From: an uncultured Poribacteria bacterium
Lineage (GTDB): Bacteria > Poribacteria > WGA-4E > WGA-3G
Reading direction: 5' to 3'
DNA length: 64,000 bases
NCBI GenBank assembly: GCA_951812525.1
Contig: OX638316.1
Location: 1,706,630-1,770,629 of the forward strand
Position numbers and translations under genes: made by a program. This document shows positions 27,113-36,708 of the stretch, piece by piece. The notes under the pieces are model-generated. The model did no database searches. It saw only the letters and a list, made by a program, of their open reading frames with translations, and was not told the origin of the DNA. Numbering within the stretch: position 1 is the stretch's first letter; every line of letters starts with the position of its first letter.

Positions 27113-28072
27113 ATGGAATATACTTATCTCGGTCGGATTGGACTACAGGTGAGCCGTCTCTGTCTCGGTACAGTCAATTTTGGGAGACATGCGTCCGAAG
27201 AAGAATCATCGCAGGTGATGAGTCGGGCACTAGAAGCAGGAATTACCTTTTTCGATACCGCTAATATCTATAACGATGGTTTAACGGAGACGATTATTGG
27301 AAACTGGTTGGCAACAGATAAAAGTCGGCGGGATCAGATTGTGCTGGCGACCAAGTTGTATGGTTCGACCGGTGAAGGTCCGAATGACGGTCGTCTGTCG
27401 GCATATCATATCCGTCGAGCGTGTGAGGATAGCCTACGCCGTCTGCGAACCGATCACATAGATTTGTATCAGATGCACCATATTGATCGCCGCACGCCGT
27501 GGGATGAGATTTGGCAGGGGATGGAGCAATTGGTGCGCGAAGGGAAAATTTCTTATGTCGGGAGTAGCAATTTCGCTGCATGGCACATTGCACGCGCACA
27601 GGGGATTGCTGCTCAACGCAATTTCCTTGGATTGGTCTCAGAGCAGAGCGTGTATAATCTCCGCAGCCGGAAAATAGAACTTGAAGTCCTGCCGTGTTGT
27701 CGGGAACTCGGTTTGGGCATGATTCCGTATAGTCCGATGGGTGGTGGATTGCTCTGCGGTGTACTGGACAATCCCATGACTGGGCGCCGCGGTAGGGAAT
27801 CCAACAGGGGAATAATCGAAACGCATCGATCACAATTTGAGGCATACGAAGCACTCTGTGCATCGATAGGACAACAGCCTGCTAATGTCGCTCTGGCGTG
27901 GGTGCTCAACAATCCAGACGTTACATCACCGATTATTGGACCGCGAACGATTGAACACCTTGAGGAGAACTTGTCCGTCTTGGAATTGAAATTGGACGAT
28001 GAAACACTCGCGAAACTCGATGAAATTTGGGCGGGGCCTGGTGGTGAGGCACCAGAGGCATATGCGTGGTAA
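27113..28072 (+). CDS. Aldo/keto reductase
   Basis: 319 aa with GLQVSRLCLGT, FFDTANIY and DLYQMH motifs. Confidence 0.9.
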   Translation: MEYTYLGRIGLQVSRLCLGTVNFGRHASEEESSQVMSRALEAGITFFDTANIYNDGLTETIIGNWLATDKSRRDQIVLATKLYGSTGEGPNDGRLSAYHIRRACEDSLRRLRTDHIDLYQMHHIDRRTPWDEIWQGMEQLVREGKISYVGSSNFAAWHIARAQGIAAQRNFLGLVSEQSVYNLRSRKIELEVLPCCRELGLGMIPYSPMGGGLLCGVLDNPMTGRRGRESNRGIIETHRSQFEAYEALCASIGQQPANVALAWVLNNPDVTSPIIGPRTIEHLEENLSVLELKLDDETLAKLDEIWAGPGGEAPEAYAW

Positions 28073-28101
28073 GAACGCATCACGTATAGGGAGTAAGATC
28101 T

Positions 28102-29313
28102 ATGGCATACGAGAATGAACTTTTTCAGGAACGGGTTGTTCGTGTGGAACGACCCTCTAAGCACTGGACACTGCTGCGCGCCCCAAGTGGTGAGTTCCTT
28201 GGTGCATCCGACGATGATGGGTTTTCAGTCTTTGAGTATGTGGACGATAAGGCGATATGGGGCTCGATTGAAGATGGGACTGCTTATCGCCATGTAGTTA
28301 CGGGTCTCATGCTTGAAGCAGAGACTGCGGATTCCGGGAAGGGCTGTTATCTTAGTCATAAGGGTGTCCGACTTGCTAGCGACGGTTCAGCAGCAGATAA
28401 GGGCGTGATCTTTTTCCCCGGACATGGACCGGCACATCTTCCATCGGAGTATCTAAAATCCCTGAAGGAGAACGGTTGGGTTTGTCTTCCTTCAATTCTT
28501 GCACCTGATGTTGTTGAGGAGTTGGAACGGATTAGTTGCACGGGTCGGTGGGATAGCGAAACTTATGATCGGAGCACAGGAACCTTGGTTAAGGGTGTTG
28601 CTGTTGCGCACGCAGCGACAGAGCCGGTGTCCTTGTGGTTAATGCGTCAATATATGCGGACGAGTGAAATTCGATTTGGACATCCACCGGGCTTCGCGAT
28701 ACTCACGCCAGACGATGGCGGACGGGATGTGCAAGGTTGGCATTCCGATTTCCCTTACCATTGGGGTATTTTCGCTACGCGTGGCACGGGTCCAGAAATA
28801 CCGCTCCACAATTTCCCTGAACTCGTTATGGGCGTTCAGCGGAATCTCTGCGTCTCAGAATTCCGTAAAGAGAATGGGGCAACCTGTTTCAAACTCGGAT
28901 CGCACGTCCTCGGCGAAGGTCCGCCGGAGGAATGGGGACCTGGACACATCTATAGACAACAGGGCTATCGCGCTGCGCATGGGTTGCCTTACAATGGACC
29001 CGATGCGGATGTTGTCGAGGCACCGGGTGGGAGTTATATCCTCTACGATTCGAGGATCTGGCATCGTGCCGGGGTGAATCGTACAGCGCGTAAACGCGCT
29101 GCGATGTTGCAAGCCGTTATTCCGGTGTACATTGTGCCGAAAACCGATACCAGTCGCGCCTATCGGAATTTTATCAATAGTCCCCTCATTGATGAATTGA
29201 CATCGTTAGAGCTGCAAGAACTTAAAGCCTTGATGATAACCAGAATCGAAGGTTCAGGTGGGAAACATGTCGTCACAATTGACGAAGCGTTGAGCGAGAT
29301 GGTGGATAATTAG
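28102..29313 (+). CDS. Phytanoyl-CoA dioxygenase (PhyH) family Fe(II)/2-oxoglutarate oxygenase with an extra N-terminal domain
   Basis: 403 aa. The facial triad candidates are GWHSDFPY (HxD) and a distal His in RIWHRAGVNRT. Confidence 0.65.
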   Translation: MAYENELFQERVVRVERPSKHWTLLRAPSGEFLGASDDDGFSVFEYVDDKAIWGSIEDGTAYRHVVTGLMLEAETADSGKGCYLSHKGVRLASDGSAADKGVIFFPGHGPAHLPSEYLKSLKENGWVCLPSILAPDVVEELERISCTGRWDSETYDRSTGTLVKGVAVAHAATEPVSLWLMRQYMRTSEIRFGHPPGFAILTPDDGGRDVQGWHSDFPYHWGIFATRGTGPEIPLHNFPELVMGVQRNLCVSEFRKENGATCFKLGSHVLGEGPPEEWGPGHIYRQQGYRAAHGLPYNGPDADVVEAPGGSYILYDSRIWHRAGVNRTARKRAAMLQAVIPVYIVPKTDTSRAYRNFINSPLIDELTSLELQELKALMITRIEGSGGKHVVTIDEALSEMVDN

Positions 29314-29331
29314 CCGTCAGTTGTCAGTAAG
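29314..29331 (+). repeat. TCAG-heptad tract
   Basis: ccgTCAGTTGTCAGTAAg lies immediately after the TAG stop at 29311-29313. Confidence 0.6.
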
Positions 29332-29416
29332 GGTTGTTTGTGGCACGGAAGAACGTTGAAACAGTACACGTCTGACAGAAAGCCGATTGCTGAAGTACCT
29401 CTAAAAAGGAGTAAAA

Positions 29417-30877
29417 ATGGAAAAACGTCCGAATATCTTATGGTATTGTACAGATCAGCAACGTTTCGATACTATCGGAGCGTTGGGTAACTCGCATATC
29501 AACACGCCGAGGCTTGACGAGTTTATGGGTCAGTCGGTTACGTTCACGCACGCCTATTGCCAGTCTCCGATCTGCACACCTTCTCGTGCGAGTTTTATGA
29601 CGGGCATGTACCCCTCAGCCGTGAGTGTCACTGGCAACGGCAATCCGGTTTTCCCAGAGTATTACGAAGATCGGTTGATTTCCCATGCGCTCGCGCAAGA
29701 CGGCTATGACTGTGGGTTGATTGGTAAGTTCCATCTCGCGAGTGCTTTTGAAGCCCAGGAGCATCGTGTGAACGATGGGTATCGCTATTTCCAATATAGC
29801 CATGACCACGGAAAGCCGACTGCGCTCGGACACGAATATGCGGATTGGCAACGTGCACAGGGTGTTGATCCTGAGGCGTTGATAGCGGGAAAGGCGATCT
29901 CCCAAAAGTATCCGAATAGAAGTGGACGTGTGCAAGAACCGACCCCTGAGCTTGACAATATTCCCCCACATCTCCACCAGACCTACTGGTGTACCGAAAA
30001 AACGATTGAATTTATTCAGAAGAATCGTCGTGAAAATCAGCCGTGGCTGCTGAGCCTCAATCCGTTTGACCCACATCCGCCGTTTGATGCGCCGTGGGAG
30101 TATTATAGGCGGTATGACCCGGAAACATTGCCCGGTCCGCATTTTCAGGAGAGCGACATTGCCTTTCAATCGAAGTTGACAGAGGCGGGTATCGACTTTC
30201 AATCTCAGGCGAAACCGCCTGCGGAGTGGGACGACAAACGCATGCAAGCCTCCTATTACGCTATGATTGAACAACTTGACCACGAGTTTGGACGTATACT
30301 CGACTATCTTGATGCCGAAGGGCTTCGCGAGGACACTATTGTTGTTTTCACATCTGATCACGGGGAGGCACTTGGGGATCACGGTTTGGCATTCAAAGGG
30401 TGTCGTTTTTACGAAGGATCGGTGCGGGTGCCGCTCATGATTTCATGGCCCACGCATTTCTTAGAGGGCGTTCAAAGTGATGCGCTCGTTGAGCTTCTTG
30501 ATATTGTTCCGACATTGTACGATGCGTCGGGTATGGACATCCCGTACTACGTGCAGGGCAAATCGCTCGCGCCACTGTTGCGCGGTGATGTTCCCGCCGA
30601 CGAGCATCGAGAAGGGGTGCGTTGTGAATTTTTCGATGCGATCTCAATGCCTGATCGGACCCATGCCACGATGTATCGGGACCGACGCTGGAAACTTGTT
30701 GTGTATCATCAGAAAGGGATTTGCGAATTGTATGATCTCGACAACGACCCGTGGGAACATAACGATCTCTCGGAGCATGCCGATTATCAAGCTGTCAAGT
30801 GGGAACTGATGCAAGAAAGTTTCGATGCGGCGATCTATGCGCACCCGCAGATGATACCGCGCGTCGCTTCGCACTAA
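29417..30877 (+). CDS. Sulfatase (formylglycine-dependent arylsulfatase family)
   Basis: 486 aa. The C-x-P-x-R active-site motif occurs in SPICTPSRASFMTGMYP, and a downstream SDHGE motif is present. Confidence 0.9.
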   Translation: MEKRPNILWYCTDQQRFDTIGALGNSHINTPRLDEFMGQSVTFTHAYCQSPICTPSRASFMTGMYPSAVSVTGNGNPVFPEYYEDRLISHALAQDGYDCGLIGKFHLASAFEAQEHRVNDGYRYFQYSHDHGKPTALGHEYADWQRAQGVDPEALIAGKAISQKYPNRSGRVQEPTPELDNIPPHLHQTYWCTEKTIEFIQKNRRENQPWLLSLNPFDPHPPFDAPWEYYRRYDPETLPGPHFQESDIAFQSKLTEAGIDFQSQAKPPAEWDDKRMQASYYAMIEQLDHEFGRILDYLDAEGLREDTIVVFTSDHGEALGDHGLAFKGCRFYEGSVRVPLMISWPTHFLEGVQSDALVELLDIVPTLYDASGMDIPYYVQGKSLAPLLRGDVPADEHREGVRCEFFDAISMPDRTHATMYRDRRWKLVVYHQKGICELYDLDNDPWEHNDLSEHADYQAVKWELMQESFDAAIYAHPQMIPRVASH

Positions 30878-31171
30878 CACAACTACTGCAGTGATTTTTA
30901 CCAGCGCGCTTTGTAAGAGGGTAGTTCGCGCCCTTGGCAGGCGCGCTTCTTTGTAAACATAAATTGTGTAGATGTGGTTTAAGCATTTGAGGAAAATTAT
31001 AGTGGGTGTGCATTTCTAAATTGAAGCCCGGTTTTCTTTCGTTGGTTGCTTGGGATTATGCAACTTTGCCATCGTAAATGTGTGTCATTAGTAACTGGAT
31101 AGAGCCATATAACACGTAAACCAATAGGCGATTCTTGATTTTTAGAACCGATTCCCATCGCGGGGTTGTGG

Positions 31172-32590
31172 ATGATATATCGTTATAAGATAAGCATATT
31201 TCTACTTTTTTGCAGTGCCGTGTTAACTGTTACCACGGGCTGCATCGCTAATGCTGTCCAGCAGTCTAAGGCAGGTGGAAACCGGACCCATGTGTTCACA
31301 TCGAATTTGCCGATTGTGGTTATTGATACGCTTGGGAAGTGGATTCCTGATGAACCCAAGGTTCCTGCGCGGATACGGATTATTTATGATGAATCCGGTG
31401 GTAGAAACGCCTTGGATAGTCCGCATATTAATTTTGAAGGGCAAATTGGTATAGAGATCAGGGGTAAAACTTCAATGGGGTTCCCAAAATCGCAGTACGG
31501 TTTTGAAATTCAGGACAATGCTGGCAACGACAAAGATGTATCGTTATTGCAATTGCCATCGGAATCGGATTGGGTGTTGAACGGTCCATATTCGGATAAG
31601 ACCCTCATACGGAATTACTTGGCGTACGAGTTCAGTAATCGAATCGGTAGGTATGCCAGTAGAACAAAGTTTGTTGAAGTATTTCTCAATGATGAGAGGG
31701 CTAACAGCATAGGAGCGGAACATTACGTTGGTGTTTATCTATTGATAGAAAAAATTAAGCGCGGAAAGGAACGGGTCGATATACAATCGCTGAAGCAGAC
31801 ACAAGAAACAACGTCAGAAATCAGCGGGGGATATATCCTGAAGATTGACAAACTCGACCCGTATGACGACTATTTCTATACCCGTTATGGCACACAATTG
31901 ATTCATGTGTATCCAAAAGGACGCGAGATCTCTCCAGCCCAAAAGGCGTGGATTCAGGATTATATGAATGGGTTTGAGTTGGCGTTAGCCGGAAAGGACT
32001 TTAAGGATCCAAAGCGCGGATATGCTAAGTACATTGATACGGATGCTTTTATTGATCATTTCATCATCAATGAACTGTTCAAAAACACAGATGGATTCCG
32101 GAACAGCACATACATGTACAAGGACAGAAACGCCAAACTGAAGATGGGACCGGTCTGGGATTTCAACTTATCAATGGGCAATACGGTTTTCTATGGAGGC
32201 TGGGAGACAGATAATTGGCTTATTGATACAAACCCTGTTCCTTTCTGGTGGCATCGACTGTTAGCGGACGAAAACTTCAAAGAGCGGCTCGTCAAGAGAT
32301 GGAAAACGCTTCGGAAAAATGAACTCTCCACTTCAAAACTCCTTGACGAGATTGATCGGACTGCTGTGTATCTGTCCGAAGCACAGGCACGAAACTTCCA
32401 AAGGTGGCGCGTGCTGGGTCGTCGTATTTTTGGTAATCCCTATCCTGGTCCACCGAGTTATAAACAAGAAGTTGATCAATTAAAAATGTGGTTGCAGGTT
32501 CGCCTGAAATGGATGGATGCGAATATTGACGCGCCTCGGCGACCAGAAGACAACCGTCGCCGGTCAGTAATTAGGCGTGTATTTAACTAA
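31172..32590 (+). CDS. CotH kinase family protein (lipoprotein)
   Basis: The track ORF starts at TTG 31166. The ATG at 31172 gives a signal peptide ending TVTTGC. The CotH-like core includes GGYILKIDK and GPVWDFNLSMGN. Confidence 0.75.
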   Translation: MIYRYKISIFLLFCSAVLTVTTGCIANAVQQSKAGGNRTHVFTSNLPIVVIDTLGKWIPDEPKVPARIRIIYDESGGRNALDSPHINFEGQIGIEIRGKTSMGFPKSQYGFEIQDNAGNDKDVSLLQLPSESDWVLNGPYSDKTLIRNYLAYEFSNRIGRYASRTKFVEVFLNDERANSIGAEHYVGVYLLIEKIKRGKERVDIQSLKQTQETTSEISGGYILKIDKLDPYDDYFYTRYGTQLIHVYPKGREISPAQKAWIQDYMNGFELALAGKDFKDPKRGYAKYIDTDAFIDHFIINELFKNTDGFRNSTYMYKDRNAKLKMGPVWDFNLSMGNTVFYGGWETDNWLIDTNPVPFWWHRLLADENFKERLVKRWKTLRKNELSTSKLLDEIDRTAVYLSEAQARNFQRWRVLGRRIFGNPYPGPPSYKQEVDQLKMWLQVRLKWMDANIDAPRRPEDNRRRSVIRRVFN

Positions 32591-32670
32591 GTGTCTTTGT
32601 ACTGCGGATTGTTGAAGGTTACCTCGCCGATGGCTACTAATATGCAAAAGTAATACAAAAGGAAAATGTT

Positions 32671-33690
32671 ATGACACCGACGCAAAACACCGACCCGATG
32701 CATGCCGATGACGTTGCTGCAATTGACGAACTCCGCGAGGTATACGACCAATTGAAGGTATCGCTCGCCAAGATCATCATCGGTCAAGAACAGGTCATCG
32801 AACATTTAGCAATCTGCCTATTTTCTCAAGGTCATGCGTTGTTGATGGGTGTTCCGGGCTTGGCGAAGACACTGTTGGTGAGCCGATTCGCCGAGGTGAT
32901 GGCATTGCGGTTCAGTCGAATCCAGTTTACGCCCGATCTTATGCCGATGGATATTACTGGAACGGACATTCTTCAGGAGATCCCTGGCGGCAGGCGAGAA
33001 TTCGAGTTCGTAAAGGGACCGCTTTTTGCCAACCTTATTTTAGCGGACGAGATTAACCGTGCTCCTTCAAAGACACAGGCTGCTATGCTTGAAGCCATGC
33101 AGGAACACAAAATCACCGTAATCGGTAGAACATATACGCTGGATCCACCCTTCTTCGTGTTAGCAACCCAAAATCCGATTGAGCAAGAGGGGACTTATCC
33201 CTTGCCTGAGGCACAACTGGACCGATTTATGTTTAGGATTGAAGTGGATTATCCCGAACGGTTCGAGGAGATAGAAATTGCCCGCACAACGACTGGTGCT
33301 GTTCTACCGACGCTGGAACATGTGCTGACGGGTGAGCAGGTGCGAGCATTTCAAGACCTTGTTCGTCGCGTACCGGTCGCCGAGCACATCTACGAATTCG
33401 CTGTGGACCTGGCGCGAAGCACGCGCCCGAAAGGAGATGCGGCACCTGACTGGTTGAAACCTCTGGTTGCTTGGGGCGCGGGTCCACGAGCGGTTCAATA
33501 CTTGATTCTGGGTGCGAAAGCCCGTGCGGCGCTTAGTGGTAGCTACATGGCGCGACTTGAAGATGTTGTTGCAGTGGCGGATCCGGTGCTGGCACATCGT
33601 GTTATCACATCTTTCGCTGCCGAGTCTGAGAATATCACTAGTCAGGACATCGTCAACCGACTCGTTGAGGAGTTGTCTGAAGGAAATTAA
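32671..33690 (+). CDS. MoxR-family AAA+ ATPase
   Basis: 339 aa. Walker A GVPGLAKT, Walker B LILADEINRA, and TQNPIEQEGTYPLPEAQLDRF typical of MoxR. Confidence 0.9.
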   Translation: MTPTQNTDPMHADDVAAIDELREVYDQLKVSLAKIIIGQEQVIEHLAICLFSQGHALLMGVPGLAKTLLVSRFAEVMALRFSRIQFTPDLMPMDITGTDILQEIPGGRREFEFVKGPLFANLILADEINRAPSKTQAAMLEAMQEHKITVIGRTYTLDPPFFVLATQNPIEQEGTYPLPEAQLDRFMFRIEVDYPERFEEIEIARTTTGAVLPTLEHVLTGEQVRAFQDLVRRVPVAEHIYEFAVDLARSTRPKGDAAPDWLKPLVAWGAGPRAVQYLILGAKARAALSGSYMARLEDVVAVADPVLAHRVITSFAAESENITSQDIVNRLVEELSEGN

Positions 33691-33693
33691 AGT

Positions 33694-34596
33694 ATGCTGC
33701 AGCTCAAACGGGATTATCTTGATCAGAAAGTCTTGGAGCGTCTTTCAACACTTCAACTGCACGCTCGGTTGCCTATGATCGGGAGTGTGTCGGGTAAGCA
33801 TCGGAGCCCGATTCGCGGCTCCAGCCTTGAGTTTGCGGAGTATCGGAAGTACGTCCCTGGCGATGACCCTCGGAGGCTTGATTGGCGGGCTTACGCACGG
33901 AATGATCGCTATTACATCAAAGAGTTTGAGGCGGATACCAATCTGCGGATGTGTTTAGTTGTCGATACCAGTGGTTCGATGGATTTCGCGTACAACGGTA
34001 TGAGTAAGCTTGACTATGCCCGTCGTATTGCCGGGACTTTAGCCTATATCGCGGCGCAACAAGGCGATGCTGTCGGACTCTACTGTGCAGGGACAGGGTT
34101 CCACAAAGAAATCTCACCAAAACGTAGCGCAACACATCTCAGCGCCGTGCTTGATGAATTAGGTGCGATGGAAGCGTCCGGTGAAACCGGATTGGCAGGC
34201 GTTCTTCACGAAACCGCTGAACGTGTGCCGCAAAGAGCACTCATTATTATCATCTCCGATCTGTTCATCGAGCCGGAAGTCGTTCGGAACTGCCTTGAGC
34301 ACCTACGATTTCGTAAGCACGATGTGGCTGTGTTTCACCTGTTGGAACAGAGTGAGTTGGAATTGGAATTTGACCGTCCGATGCGTTTTGTTGATATGGA
34401 GGGTGGTGAGCCTGTATTGGCAGATCCAACTATCATCGGTCCGCAGTACCAACGCGCCCTCGAAATGTACCTTGACAGTATGAACGCAGTCATCCACGAT
34501 ACCGAAGTCGATTACCACCGTGTCCGTATTAATGAAAGTTATGATGATGTGTTGGCACGGTTCTTGTTAGGACGGACACCGAAACGGCATAAATAA
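33694..34596 (+). CDS. DUF58 domain protein (vWA-like MoxR partner)
   Basis: 300 aa with DDPRRLDWRAYARNDRYYIKEFE and the MIDAS-like VVDTSGSM. It starts 3 nt after the moxR stop. Confidence 0.85.
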   Translation: MLQLKRDYLDQKVLERLSTLQLHARLPMIGSVSGKHRSPIRGSSLEFAEYRKYVPGDDPRRLDWRAYARNDRYYIKEFEADTNLRMCLVVDTSGSMDFAYNGMSKLDYARRIAGTLAYIAAQQGDAVGLYCAGTGFHKEISPKRSATHLSAVLDELGAMEASGETGLAGVLHETAERVPQRALIIIISDLFIEPEVVRNCLEHLRFRKHDVAVFHLLEQSELELEFDRPMRFVDMEGGEPVLADPTIIGPQYQRALEMYLDSMNAVIHDTEVDYHRVRINESYDDVLARFLLGRTPKRHK

Positions 34597-34620
34597 ATTA
34601 GTTAACAGTTATCAGTTAAG
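34597..34620 (+). repeat. TCAG-heptad tract
   Basis: attaGTTAACAGTTATCAGTTAAG lies directly after the TAA stop. An inverted partial copy lies at 34656-34673 (ccggttactgacaactat). Confidence 0.6.
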
Positions 34621-34681
34621 AGGTTTTCGTTTGGAATAAATATTCGTAGTTGAGACCGGTTACTGACAACTATTTAAAAAA

Positions 34682-36706
34682 ATGAGTTTTCTACAACCGT
34701 TAGCACTAATCGGACTCCCTTTAATAGCACTGCCGATTCTTATCCATCTCATCAATCAGCATCGGCATCGCACGATCCCTTGGGCAGCGATGATGTTTCT
34801 CATGCATGCGAAGCGTCTGAGCAAGGGTATGGCACGTCTTCGGCATTTCCTCATCCTACTAATGCGCGTCTTGGCAGTAGCGGCTCTGATTTTCGTAATC
34901 AGTCGCCCGCTCTCTGGTGGATGGTTGGGTAGCATTGGTATGGGTAAACCCGATGCAACTTTAATTCTTCTTGATCGCTCTCCGAGCATGGGAGTACAAG
35001 ATTTACAGACGGGTCAATCAAAGCGGTCTGCGGCACTCCAGAAACTTTCACAATTGCTTGAGCAGGGAGATTACGGAACGCACTTGGTTCTGATTGATAG
35101 TGCGAGCGGTCAGTTGCAGGAGGTAGATTCACCGAAAGCACTGTTGGACTTGCCTGGGACCGGGTCGAGTGCTACCAGTGCGGATATTCCCGATATGCTT
35201 GAATCCGCCTTAGCGTATCTCAGGGCAAATGAGTCAGGCAGAGCGGATGTCTGGATCTGTTCCGACTTGAACGAGAACGATTGGGATGTTGAAAGCGGTC
35301 GGTGGCACGCCATACGCGAGGCGTTTGTTGAATTAGAAGGTGTACACCATTTTTTAATTGCGGACGCAGGTTTACCTTCAAACAATTTGTCTGTAAGGGT
35401 GGAAAATGTGCAACGGTGGGAACGCGGCAACGATGCTGAACTTGTGCTTGATATAGTGATTCGGACGGAAGGCGATGGTGATGTAGCTGCGCAGGTGCCT
35501 ATTGAATTTGAAGTCAATAACGTTCGCTCTGTTGTTGAGCTCGAACTTGATAGGCAGGGTGCATCTTTGCAGGGATACCGTATCCCTATTGATAGCAAGT
35601 TCAAAGCGGGTTGGGGTTCGGTTGGATTGCCCGGCGATGCGAACCCGTTGGACAATCGGTTTTTCTTTGTGTTTTCGGAACCACCCATACGGAGAGCTGT
35701 TGTCGTCAGTGATGACCTAAAGAGTGGTGAGACGTTTCAGCAGGCACTTACTGTTCCGACCGATGTCCGACACCAACATCGAGTTGATGTGATTCCTATG
35801 GATCGCGTCGCTGAAATTGACTGGGAAAAGACAAGTTTGTTAATTTGGCAAGCGGCGCTGCCCAGTGGATTAGTAGCATCGCAGATTGAACAATTCGTCG
35901 AAGCGGGACGCGTGGTTATGTTCTTCTCGCCGCGTCAAAGCACAGATGAGACGCTATATGGCTCACGTTGGATGGATTGGCAGACATCTGGGAGCCAACA
36001 GGTTTCTAATATTTCATGGTGGCGTGGTGATACGGATCTGCTGGCGCATGTGGAAAGCGGAGATGCCTTGCCGTTGAACGAGCTGCGTATTTATCGGTAC
36101 CGTTCCTTTGAAAGTCATGGTACACCACTAGCGAGGTTTGCTGACGATGCTCCGTTGCTAACACGTGTTCCTACGGATCGTGGTGCGGTGTATTTTTGTA
36201 GTACACTACCTACGGCGGAGTTTTCCTCTCTCGAACGTGAAGGTGTGGTCTTTTATGTAATGTTACAACGTGCATTGGAGCAGGGCAGTCGCGCCTTGGC
36301 TGTAGCATCCCAACGCGACGCTGGACCTAACGTGCTGGCAGGCCGCAATCAATGGGAATTGGTGGCTTCTATAGACGATTCGCAGCTCCTTTCACAACGT
36401 GGATTACACGCCGGTGTGTACCGAGACGGAGCGTATTGGGCGGCTGTGAACCGCAGCCAAATTGAGGACAGGGCTACGGTGGTGCCTGTTGCGACAGTGG
36501 ATGCGCTGTTCGACGGTGTATCGTATCGGCGGATCGATGTTAATGTTGGCGACACATCCGCTTTGGCGAGCGAACTGTGGCGCGTCTTTCTCATTGCAAT
36601 GGTAGTGGCACTTCTTGCAGAGGCGGTGTTGAGTTTGCCGAGTCGGAGGGTTAAATCTACCTCTTTGATCGACCTCACGGTGGCAAGTGGAAGTGAGCGG
36701 AGATAG
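34682..36706 (+). CDS. BatA-N (aerotolerance regulator N-terminal) domain membrane protein
   Basis: 674 aa. The N-terminus MSFLQPLALIGLPLIALPILIHLINQHRH is the typical BatA_N motif. A C-terminal transmembrane helix is present. Confidence 0.75.
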   Translation: MSFLQPLALIGLPLIALPILIHLINQHRHRTIPWAAMMFLMHAKRLSKGMARLRHFLILLMRVLAVAALIFVISRPLSGGWLGSIGMGKPDATLILLDRSPSMGVQDLQTGQSKRSAALQKLSQLLEQGDYGTHLVLIDSASGQLQEVDSPKALLDLPGTGSSATSADIPDMLESALAYLRANESGRADVWICSDLNENDWDVESGRWHAIREAFVELEGVHHFLIADAGLPSNNLSVRVENVQRWERGNDAELVLDIVIRTEGDGDVAAQVPIEFEVNNVRSVVELELDRQGASLQGYRIPIDSKFKAGWGSVGLPGDANPLDNRFFFVFSEPPIRRAVVVSDDLKSGETFQQALTVPTDVRHQHRVDVIPMDRVAEIDWEKTSLLIWQAALPSGLVASQIEQFVEAGRVVMFFSPRQSTDETLYGSRWMDWQTSGSQQVSNISWWRGDTDLLAHVESGDALPLNELRIYRYRSFESHGTPLARFADDAPLLTRVPTDRGAVYFCSTLPTAEFSSLEREGVVFYVMLQRALEQGSRALAVASQRDAGPNVLAGRNQWELVASIDDSQLLSQRGLHAGVYRDGAYWAAVNRSQIEDRATVVPVATVDALFDGVSYRRIDVNVGDTSALASELWRVFLIAMVVALLAEAVLSLPSRRVKSTSLIDLTVASGSERR

Positions 36707-36708
36707 TA

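Noticed and set aside
27294-27863. Long antisense ORFs within well-supported genes: 27294..27863, 27613..28164, 29615..30382, 35110..35688, 39223..39807 and 41606..42001.
   Set aside because: They lie opposite genes with clear family motifs (AKR, sulfatase, BatA-like, DUF4175-like), lack motifs and start contexts, and have skewed Arg/Ser/Pro-rich compositions.
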